A DNA stretch of 64,000 nt from Histomonas meleagridis 2922-C6/04-290x (lineage: Eukaryota > Protista > Parabasalia), in NCBI GenBank assembly GCA_020184695.1, contig JAANOX010000002.1, forward strand, positions 124,001 to 188,000. The letters are read 5' to 3'. Shown here one piece after another: positions 21,254 through 30,174 of the stretch; positions within the stretch are counted from its first letter, which is position 1; every line of letters starts with the position of its first letter. The notes under the pieces are model-generated. The model was not told the origin of the DNA, made no database searches, and saw only the letters and a list, made by a program, of their open reading frames with translations. The position numbers and the translations under genes were made by a program.

Positions 21254-21364
21254 TTAGCGAGGAGGTGGGTATGAACCACCGGATGGAGGAGGTGGGTATG
21301 AGCCGCCGGATGGGGGAGGTGGGTAAGGGGCGCCAGATGGAGAAGTAGGAGCAGGGTAAGGCAT
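21254..21364 (-). CDS. 36-aa Pro/Tyr/Gly microprotein MPYPAPTSPSGAPYPPPPSGGSYPPPPSGGSYPPPR
   Basis: ATG 21364 to TAA 21254 (below the ORF-track cutoff); GC-rich island in AT-rich DNA; TCACTTCATTT immediately upstream. Confidence 0.6.
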   Translation of the reverse strand: MPYPAPTSPSGAPYPPPPSGGSYPPPPSGGSYPPPR

Positions 21365-21370
21365 TTAAAG

Positions 21371-21381
21371 AAATGAAGTGA
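21371..21381 (-). promoter_or_regulatory. Tandem initiator (Inr) TCACTTCATTT
   Basis: Matches the trichomonad TCA(+1)Y(T/A) Inr, ending 6 nt before the microprotein ATG. Confidence 0.6.
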
Positions 21382-21865
21382 AACACAAAATTTCTGTTGG
21401 TTATTGACAAAATATGTATTCAAAAGTTAGTCAAAACAAGCTCACAAAAAAATATTGAAACAAAAAAAATGCCTCACACGAAATTAGTTAAAATTTTCGA
21501 AATATAATCAATGACCACTATTGAGATGCCATTGTTATTAATTTTTTTTATATAATAAAAGGTATATCACAACAATTAATATAATATCTATAAAATATAT
21601 CATAGTACACTCCTAACCCTCACTTTAAGTAATGAATAAAAGCATTTGGATTACCAATATGTAGTCAAAGCGGCACAAATTATTAAAAAAATGCCACCAG
21701 CAGCTTCACTTAACGATAGCAAAAATGAGTGGAAAGTCATCGCATTTGCACTCAAAAACTGATTGAAATTTTCGATTCAAATTACTTTTTCAGTTATTTA
21801 CAACTGATGCAAAAACATCAAAAATAATTAAATCAATTTACCATTTATTTCATCTCTTGTTTTAT

Positions 21866-23587
21866 TTAGTAAACGTGTTCATATTCACCAGATGGGTTGA
21901 AACGTTGGCTTTCGAGGAATTCTGCAAGAGTCATATGAGGAGGAATTGGTTCGGTAGCTAATTCGTTATCATAGAGGTACTTGGCAACGTCCAAAGCGAT
22001 ATCCCTAGCCTTTTCTCTAATGAGGTTCATTGGTGGCAACAAGGCGCTTCTTTCGAGGTCCTCTTTAGTTGTTAACTTAGCGAGTGACAAAGCGGCGACT
22101 TCGAATACCTTTGATGGGCAGTGGCGTGCTCTTGTAGCGACGAGTGCGAAACCGACTGCTGGGAAGATCCAAGAGTTGTTAGCTTGTGATGGGACGAGTG
22201 TCTTTCCGCTCTTAGCGACGTAGTCTGGGAATGGTGAGCCAGAGCAGAAGAGTGCCTTTTCGTTGGACCACTTGTAAGCTTGCTCGGCTGTGCATTCGGC
22301 CTTGATTGTTGGGTTGGAAAGAGCGAAGACAATTGGGCGTTCTGTGTTCTTGCAAAGTTGTTCAACAATTTCCTTGGTGATAAGTCCTGGGCAACCAGAA
22401 ACACCAATGATGCCTGTAGCGCCCCACTTCTGGCATGCTTCGAGGACGGACTCGTAACGGTGCATCTTGTGTTGGAATGGCTTGTTGAATGGATAGAGAT
22501 CTTTGCGATCTGCGGTGACCATACCTTTGGAATCGAACATGATGATGTTCTTGAGGAGTTGTTCACGTGGGAGCTTGGATTGGGATTGGGCCATGTCAAC
22601 TATGAGGTTAGCAATACCTGTAGCTGCTGATCCGGCGCCGATGAATATGATCTTTTGTTCCCAAAGTGGCTTGACGCCCTTGATACGTGGTGCGCAAGCA
22701 ACAGCTGCAGCTGTAACTGCGGCTGTACCTTCGATATCATCGTTGAAGCAATTGCACCTCCAGCGGAAATGGTCAAGAAGACGGAAAGCAGTTTCCATTT
22801 CGAAGTCTTCCCATTGGATGAGGCATGTTGCGCCATAAACTTCTTTGACGGCTTCGACAAATTCGGATACGAATTTGAGATGTTCATCGCCCCTAAGACG
22901 TGGGTGTCTCCAACCTTCGTAGAGTGGATCGTTGAGGATTTCCTTACGATCTGTACCAACATCAAGTTGGATTGGTAATGTGTAGTACGGATTAACTTGG
23001 CCGCAGAGGGTGTAAAGCATAAGCTTACCAACTGGGATACCAAGGCCAGAAGCACCGAGATCACCGAGACCAAGGATACGGCCACCATCAGTAACGACGA
23101 TGCAACGGATATCTTGTGATGGATAATTGCGGAGGATTTCTTTGATGTGGCCAGAATCTTCTGGTGTGATGTATATACCACGGTATGATTGTCTGTGAAG
23201 TGCCCATTTTGTGCAAACTTCACCGACTGTTGGTGTATAAAGAACTGGCATTGTAAGTTCTGCTGGGTATGTGTAAAGGAAACGCCAGAATGTGTGTTCG
23301 TTCTTTTCACGTTCGTTTGCAAGGAAGATGTACTTTAAGAGTGGTGTTGGGAGGAGTTCGAATTGCTTGCGGATACGTTGGGCTTGTTCGTCAACTGTGA
23401 AGACCTTGTGTGGAAGTAAACCACGAAGGTGGAAGCGGTCACGTTCTTCACGTGTAAATCCGGTACCATGGCTAAGTTGACTATCATGTAAAAGATCGAT
23501 ACCAATCTTTCTGTATGGGAGTGCTGCCTTGCAAAGGGCAAATCCACGAGCGAATGAGTTGCTACTTGTTGCTGAAACAAGAGACAT
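21866..23587 (-). CDS. Hydrogenosomal malic enzyme (AP65-like)
   Basis: GTGFTREERDRFHLRGLLP, YTPTVGE, VVTDGGRILGLGDLGASGLGIPVGKL, EDF, FNDDIEGTAAV, GAGSAATGIA, LSNPT, QANNSWIFP; presequence MSLVSATSSNSFAR. Confidence 0.98.
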   Translation of the reverse strand: MSLVSATSSNSFARGFALCKAALPYRKIGIDLLHDSQLSHGTGFTREERDRFHLRGLLPHKVFTVDEQAQRIRKQFELLPTPLLKYIFLANEREKNEHTFWRFLYTYPAELTMPVLYTPTVGEVCTKWALHRQSYRGIYITPEDSGHIKEILRNYPSQDIRCIVVTDGGRILGLGDLGASGLGIPVGKLMLYTLCGQVNPYYTLPIQLDVGTDRKEILNDPLYEGWRHPRLRGDEHLKFVSEFVEAVKEVYGATCLIQWEDFEMETAFRLLDHFRWRCNCFNDDIEGTAAVTAAAVACAPRIKGVKPLWEQKIIFIGAGSAATGIANLIVDMAQSQSKLPREQLLKNIIMFDSKGMVTADRKDLYPFNKPFQHKMHRYESVLEACQKWGATGIIGVSGCPGLITKEIVEQLCKNTERPIVFALSNPTIKAECTAEQAYKWSNEKALFCSGSPFPDYVAKSGKTLVPSQANNSWIFPAVGFALVATRARHCPSKVFEVAALSLAKLTTKEDLERSALLPPMNLIREKARDIALDVAKYLYDNELATEPIPPHMTLAEFLESQRFNPSGEYEHVY

Positions 23588-23593
23588 TAATCA

Positions 23594-23599
23594 AAGTGA
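23594..23599 (-). promoter_or_regulatory. Initiator TCACTT of malic enzyme gene
   Basis: TCACTTTGATTA-ATG; typical trichomonad Inr spacing. Confidence 0.6.
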
Positions 23600-24226
23600 C
23601 GTGAGTGTCATCACCGCATTCAAAAAGAGGGTTTTCAATGCAGTCAAATTCTGAGGTCTTGGCCGGTCGTTTGAACCAAAACAGGTAAGAAGTAAACTGC
23701 GAATTTTCCACTAAATATTATATTTTTCATATTATTTCCTGAGAAAATAGTCGATAATGAGAATATTTGTTCAAAAGAAACTTGATAATTTATATAAAAA
23801 GTATGTTTTTAATGGAGATGAAATGTGTTAACCTAAAAATTGAATAGGTTTGTTTACAGTCATATTAACGGTTATACGTCATATGTTTATAACATCTCCT
23901 ACTTTTTCAGAACGAGGTGGTTAAATATTTTTAATTTGGGTGTCAATTTTTAATTCAATTTTGTGAACTTGACATGTCACATTTAGGTGATTGGAGAAAT
24001 ATTTTTGAAGGATAAAAATTCCTTAAGATATGAAAAACATCATTAATTCATTTGAAATGAAAAGAGCTTTTTCCTTTTCATTGTTATTAATATGAAATTT
24101 TTTTTTGCTCATGTAAATTTGGAAGTTCCGTTCTAAAACACGCTAAATTTTGTTCAATTTTTACTTGCCATCGTAGACGAGGCCCCCCTGTGATCAATTT
24201 GACGGTTTGGTCCTTCCTTTGGAAAG

Positions 24227-24304
24227 ATGCGCGGAAAGTGGTTGAAGAAACGTATGCGGAGACTTAAGAGAAAGAGGAGGCAAATGAGAGCCAAGGCTAG
24301 GTAA
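24227..24304 (+). CDS. RPL41: Ribosomal protein eL41/eS32
   Basis: MRGKWLKKRMRRLKRKRRQMRAKAR*; matches the L41 consensus MRxKWxKKRMRRLKRKRRxMR. Confidence 0.95.
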   Translation: MRGKWLKKRMRRLKRKRRQMRAKAR

Positions 24305-24923
24305 GCCTCTGAAATGCTTTATGAAAGCTCAGATATCAAATAAAATTCCATTTCCCATAATCACAATTTTTTTTTGAAACGCAATTAATTTTGTTGTAAT
24401 CTTTTCGTGCTGAAAGTTTTAAATGTGACAATTTTTTTTTTTAAACATCAAAAAAATGAAATTGAAGCAAAAGATCTCGGAATACGTGACAAAGTGCAAG
24501 TACCCACTTTGAATAAGCACGTATCTTCCAATACTGGGTAATATATTTTTAATTGAGTCAAGCAAAATTTTCAAATTTTTTATTGATTACAAAAAATGCA
24601 AGTAACCTAAAATTGTGAAATCTTAATTTAATGAAATACATGTTTATTATCGTGGTTGTAGATGATTTGTACAAATCTCAAAAGCACTTATGACAATGAA
24701 ATAAAATATCGAAGTTTTATGGACAATGCATTGAACACAACATGTTGCACAACTTTAACAAACTTAACGAAACAACTAAAGATGTGTCCGTTTAGCTTTT
24801 TTGGTTTGTCCAATTTGGGTCAATTCAATGTCTTTTTTTGGCTATCGTCAATGTAAAATATACAAATTTTGACTTTTTCATATAGATAAATTACCGTTTA
24901 TAATTTTGCTTTCCCAAGGTTAA

Positions 24924-27900
24924 ATGGATTTCGAGAAGTTCGAATCAACGCAAGAATTTGCAGACCTAGCAGAAACCTATATGGACATCATAAAAGATGG
25001 TGATTTTACTGTTAAAGCACTTCAAACAACTCAAATAATTAACTTACATAAAAAAGTTGAGGCTTTACTTGATAAAATCAATAGTGATGCTGTGTCAAAT
25101 GGAAACCAACTATTAACCAACGGAAATGGCGTTAATTTATTTACTCTTTTAGTTTCATCGATAACAATTTTATTCCGTCAAAATCAGACATCAATTATAT
25201 CTGAATATGTAGATAAAATCAAAGAGCTAGAAGAGGAGAATAAAGAGTTGAAAGCAGAAAAAGATTCTAGCATTTCATTACATTCAAATTCAGAAATTGA
25301 GGAAACGTATAAAGAAAAAATTATACAGCTCGAAGAAACAATAAAAAATGAGTCAAGTTCTATAATCACACGTATTTCAAACCAATTATCTCTCAATCTC
25401 CAAGATATAGATGAATCCCACCTAATTTCAGCCATTGAAAAGAAAATCAAAAAACAAAAGAAGCTATCATCATCTCCTATACAAGAATTTAATTTCCCAA
25501 TTGAAACACGACCAACACAACAAAAAACAGATTTTGAATATCAAGAAACAATTTCCAGGCAAAACGAAATTCTTTCAGCTAAAAGCGAAGAACTTCAAAA
25601 TTTATCAACTAAAAATCTTCATCTTGAAAACAAAGTTGAAGAACTCCAACAACAAATCGAACGTAAAGATACCGAAATTGAAAAACTAAAGGAGCAAAAC
25701 GACAATATACAAATTGAGGTCGAATTGAAAGAAAAAATGAATCAAACCGTAACGCATCAAAATATTTCTGAAGATGATGCGCAAATTGCTTTCATCGAAG
25801 AAATGAAAGTCAAAAATCGTTCTCTTAAGAAGAAGAACAATGAATTAGAGCGAAAGACACAACGCTATAAGACCAAATTAGATAAATTAAACAATAAAAT
25901 ATTACGAGTTCAAGGAGAAAATGAAAGTATAAAAGAAGAAAACTTAGCACTCCAACAAAAACTTAATGAAATTCAAGAAATAGCAAATTTCGAATATGAA
26001 AACAAAGAAACAACAACAAATGAAAGAGAAAAATTCGATAATGCATTAGAAGAATTAAGTCAACAACTTGAGAAGCAACGAAAAGAAATCGAAAAAGAGA
26101 CGACAATTCGCACTGAGTTTGAAAAACATATTCTTACACTATTAAAACTTAATCAAGAACTTGAAACCAAACTTGAAGAATCGCAATTTAAGATAAAGAC
26201 AAATCAAAGCCAATATGAAATAGCTATCAAACAATTAAAAGACATCATTCAATCTAAAAAACATGATTTAGGTGATACAGATCTCTTTGATTCAATTCTT
26301 CAAATTTCAAACAATTTCACTTCCGAACTTCGTAATTCAATTTATGAAATTATTAATAATGACAACTTTACAACAGCCGATAAGATATTAAACGTATTCC
26401 AAACGGTCTCCTCATCGGTCACTACGGTTACCGATACGGACGAAATCCAAAAAGTTAAAGATTTGAATGAAAAACTTATAGAAGCATTATATGGACAACT
26501 TCATTTTATGGAAAACATTATTGGTAGTAGTGATATTCAAACATGGCTATTTCCACAAAATTCGACTGAAGAAATAAATTCCAATTTAATTACACAATGT
26601 TCAAGAATTGAAAACTTCATCACAGAAAATGCGAATGGACTTATTAATCATCCAAATGATTCAATCTTTGAACAATTATTACCTAAAGAAGATCCATTAC
26701 AAATGTCAACTAATTTATATGAATACATTCGAAAGTATCAAAACCCAACAACAGAAGAATCGAAAGAACTTTTTGTTCTATTTCTTCAAACACTTACTGC
26801 ATGTGATATATTACGTAAATTTGCAGTTGAAGCACAAAGACAATGTACATATCAAACGACGCAAATCAAAACGTTAAAGAACGACATCCATTCCATTAAA
26901 GAAGAAGCCGAAGAACAATTTTATAACAAATATAACGAAGCGATTACGAACATGAACATAATGCAAGGCAAATATGAAGATATGGAGAAAGTACTTAAAA
27001 ACGTGAAAACAATTTTAAGGAATTCGATAAAATCCGGAGAAAACTTAACGACAATATTACGAAGTATTGAACAAATTAATCAAATCGAAGAACTGAATGC
27101 AGACGAATATATCTCTGAGTTAGAGTCGAAGTTTTTGCTGATTCAAGAAGAATATCAAAAGCAGAAAGAAGACGAAAGTAAAATCGTTAGAATTAACAAT
27201 AAAATTAAAGAATTGAAGAAGAAGACGCAAAAGGAAATGATGAAGAAGGACAAAGAAATACAACAAATCAAAGATGAAATGAATGAAAAAGATGAAATAA
27301 TTCGATGTAAAGATGAAGAAATTAACAAAATACAAATGGAAAAAGAAGAAATTAATCAGAAAATAGAAATTATTTATAAAGAAAAAGAAATTGAACAAAA
27401 TGAAATTCAAAGAGAATTCAATAAAACTAAAAACGAATTCATCCGAAACACAACAAAATTAGAACGAATCGTTGAAAACTTAGAAATCAAAGTGAAAAAA
27501 GTCGAAAAATCTGAAAGAAACATTCGAATGGAATTGAAAGAAAAGAACGCTGAAATCAAAAAGTTAATTGAAATGAATAACTTTGAAAAGAATGAATTGA
27601 AACAGAAGCATCAAAATCAAATCGACGAAATAACAAAATCAAAAGAAAAGATAATTATTGAAAAAGATGATTTGAAGAGGAAAATTGAAATTTTGAATAA
27701 TGAAATTTCGGATTTGAACATCGAATTGAAAACAACAAACTCAAAACTTCGGAATTGTGAAGACGAATTGAACAAAAAGAAATCACTTTTTGAATCGCAA
27801 ATGCGGTTGAGGAAATTCACTATCGAAAGGGAAGCACAGAAAGTCATCGATGACTTTAAAGCTGAATACAACAACCAAATGCACGAGTTCTTGTCAATGA

Positions 27901-28679
27901 TATGCCACACGTTTAAGGAAATGGTCGATATCACACAAACAATTAATTTCAAATCTGTCGAATCTTTAATTTTAAGAGTGAAAGAAAAGATTCTGACGCT
28001 GAATAACGTTGTAACTGCTGGTGAACAAGTACAAAAAGAAATGATAAGAGTTAAGCAAATTTTGAATATTAATAACGAAACAATTAAACCTTCACAAGCT
28101 GTTTTAGAGAAAATGAAACAAATTTCATCACAAGAAAAAGAAATCAAAAGACTTGAAGAAGAATGTAAGGATTTGAAAAAAGATTCAATTCGATTATCAA
28201 ACCAAGAAACTAACACTCTTTGGGAAGAATGGGCAAGGAGACTTTATTCGTTTATTTCTCTTGGATTATACACTGTAAAGACAACAAAAGAAATTCGAGA
28301 TGCAATTGAAGAGACCGTTTATTCAACAACCGTCGGAAACCGCCGCTTAATTCGAAATCTGAATGCATTAAAACAAGAAAAAATTTTATTGTTAAAGGGG
28401 GCAAATAAAGTCAAAGCAAATGAAAAAGAACAACCTGGAATCTTTAGTTTAATGTGCGTTGTAACAGCAGTTCGAAGGATGCAAAAGATCTCCGGACATA
28501 TGCAAACCAAATTCAAATTTGAAGCAGACAAATTAAATGAAAAGACAAAAGATATCAAAAGGAAAAATATACCAACAAAAGCATTTGTTTTTACAAGTAA
28601 TAACCAAACGCCACTTTTAAGTAACTTTGTTGTAAAGTCAACAAAAGTTAACGAGAACAAAATTTCCAATGTTTTTTAA
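24924..28679 (+). CDS. Large coiled-coil protein
   Basis: 1251-aa E/K/Q/I-rich heptad ORF; no catalytic motif recognised. Confidence 0.85.
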   Translation: MDFEKFESTQEFADLAETYMDIIKDGDFTVKALQTTQIINLHKKVEALLDKINSDAVSNGNQLLTNGNGVNLFTLLVSSITILFRQNQTSIISEYVDKIKELEEENKELKAEKDSSISLHSNSEIEETYKEKIIQLEETIKNESSSIITRISNQLSLNLQDIDESHLISAIEKKIKKQKKLSSSPIQEFNFPIETRPTQQKTDFEYQETISRQNEILSAKSEELQNLSTKNLHLENKVEELQQQIERKDTEIEKLKEQNDNIQIEVELKEKMNQTVTHQNISEDDAQIAFIEEMKVKNRSLKKKNNELERKTQRYKTKLDKLNNKILRVQGENESIKEENLALQQKLNEIQEIANFEYENKETTTNEREKFDNALEELSQQLEKQRKEIEKETTIRTEFEKHILTLLKLNQELETKLEESQFKIKTNQSQYEIAIKQLKDIIQSKKHDLGDTDLFDSILQISNNFTSELRNSIYEIINNDNFTTADKILNVFQTVSSSVTTVTDTDEIQKVKDLNEKLIEALYGQLHFMENIIGSSDIQTWLFPQNSTEEINSNLITQCSRIENFITENANGLINHPNDSIFEQLLPKEDPLQMSTNLYEYIRKYQNPTTEESKELFVLFLQTLTACDILRKFAVEAQRQCTYQTTQIKTLKNDIHSIKEEAEEQFYNKYNEAITNMNIMQGKYEDMEKVLKNVKTILRNSIKSGENLTTILRSIEQINQIEELNADEYISELESKFLLIQEEYQKQKEDESKIVRINNKIKELKKKTQKEMMKKDKEIQQIKDEMNEKDEIIRCKDEEINKIQMEKEEINQKIEIIYKEKEIEQNEIQREFNKTKNEFIRNTTKLERIVENLEIKVKKVEKSERNIRMELKEKNAEIKKLIEMNNFEKNELKQKHQNQIDEITKSKEKIIIEKDDLKRKIEILNNEISDLNIELKTTNSKLRNCEDELNKKKSLFESQMRLRKFTIEREAQKVIDDFKAEYNNQMHEFLSMICHTFKEMVDITQTINFKSVESLILRVKEKILTLNNVVTAGEQVQKEMIRVKQILNINNETIKPSQAVLEKMKQISSQEKEIKRLEEECKDLKKDSIRLSNQETNTLWEEWARRLYSFISLGLYTVKTTKEIRDAIEETVYSTTVGNRRLIRNLNALKQEKILLLKGANKVKANEKEQPGIFSLMCVVTAVRRMQKISGHMQTKFKFEADKLNEKTKDIKRKNIPTKAFVFTSNNQTPLLSNFVVKSTKVNENKISNVF

Positions 28680-30174
28680 TAAATAAATTCTTTTTTATTA
28701 TTATGAGGAGAAACGGGAAAACATTTTTTACAATTCGCTTTTCTTAAGTAATTTTATTCGGAAATTTGCAAATTACGAAACGTTTCGTAAATGTCAATTA
28801 ATGCATTCGCAGATATCAATGATGCACTGCCATGAAAAACCTGTGGAATTACACTTTAAAATAACATACGTGCATACTGTAATTTAGTAATAAACTCCAG
28901 TGACTGAACTTTTAAAAAATTTTATAGCGCTACTTTTTCAATTTAAAACGATCAAAACCAGTAAAAGAAGCAATTGGTGTTTATTCAGATGTTCCGATTT
29001 CTGTTCGTGCTTGGATTGACTCTCACATATGTATTTATATTTTAATATTATAGCTAGAAAAAAAAGACTACTACAACTTCACATAACTTTTTAGATACGA
29101 TTTAAAATAAAGCGATAATAAAATGAAGAAAATTGAATGAAAAAAATCATTCTTAGATTTCAAGAACTACCGTTTATAAAATATAATTTACATCAAAAAT
29201 ATTTAAGATTGAACTAATATATATCTTGAAAAAATTGATTTCGAAATTTCCATTTTGATCTGTATATTTTTTTTTCTCAATTTGAAAACAAATTTTTACT
29301 TAAGTGATCATAAGGACTTAATAAAAATCAAAAAATTCATCAGAATATGTTTATTTTCCCAGTTTGAGTACCTCTAAAATAACACAATTCTTTCATCGGA
29401 AAGATAAAACAGGAAGGATATTTAATTTACTACTGTTCTCACATTTTTGATTTACAAAAAATTGAAGAAGCAACAAAAAGTAGAAATTGTTGTCAAATTT
29501 CCGAAACATAACAATCCATATTTATATTTTCACAAACTATTCATCTCTCTAAGGTGGATCTCTTTATCGCAAGTTTTCACAACCTTTTTCTCTTTAGTAC
29601 TCTTCGATAACTGGGAGTTTTGCTGAAAGATTTGGAGCAATATTTTCAGGATCACTAAAAGAAACTTTTCTTATGCAAACATAACTTATTGTGGAGCCAA
29701 AGCTTACACTGCTTGTGTATGTTTCGAGTTCACAGTACCAATAATGAAATTTGTTATAACCAAAAATACTTATGCTCCTAATTTGGTTTGGACTGATATA
29801 AAAAACTTGCCTTAGTACAATATCATCACAGGCAATTTTATAATAATACGTCTGGCTCTGAAGGATCAGCAATTACTTTCACTGGATGAACAGACCACAT
29901 GTTGGAGATTGCTTCTTTTCAGGTTCCAATGGCAAATCGCCAAGTTATATCTCTGCCAATAGCGCACGCTTCATAAAAATCCAAAAATGTGTTTTTGATA
30001 AACTTCAGAATGAGTCCATCGGCGAACGATACGAAGGACATACAGTTTTGCAAAAAAATAAAACATTTAGATAATTTATTCTTGCATTTAATTCAAATTG
30101 TGATAGAAAATTAATTTTTTAGATGTGTAAACTTTTTATAAAAGGAATTTATGTGTAAATTATTTATAGAATTA

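Noticed and set aside
21981-23580. Overlapping and antisense ORFs on malic enzyme (and likewise on HSP70 and the kinases)
   Set aside because: Shadow ORFs from codon bias in GC-richer, highly expressed genes; no recognisable motifs.
29594-30074. Short ORFs 29594-29872 and 29886-30074 as genes or a transposon remnant
   Set aside because: Frames are broken and I recognised no motifs or terminal repeats; at most decayed coding sequence.
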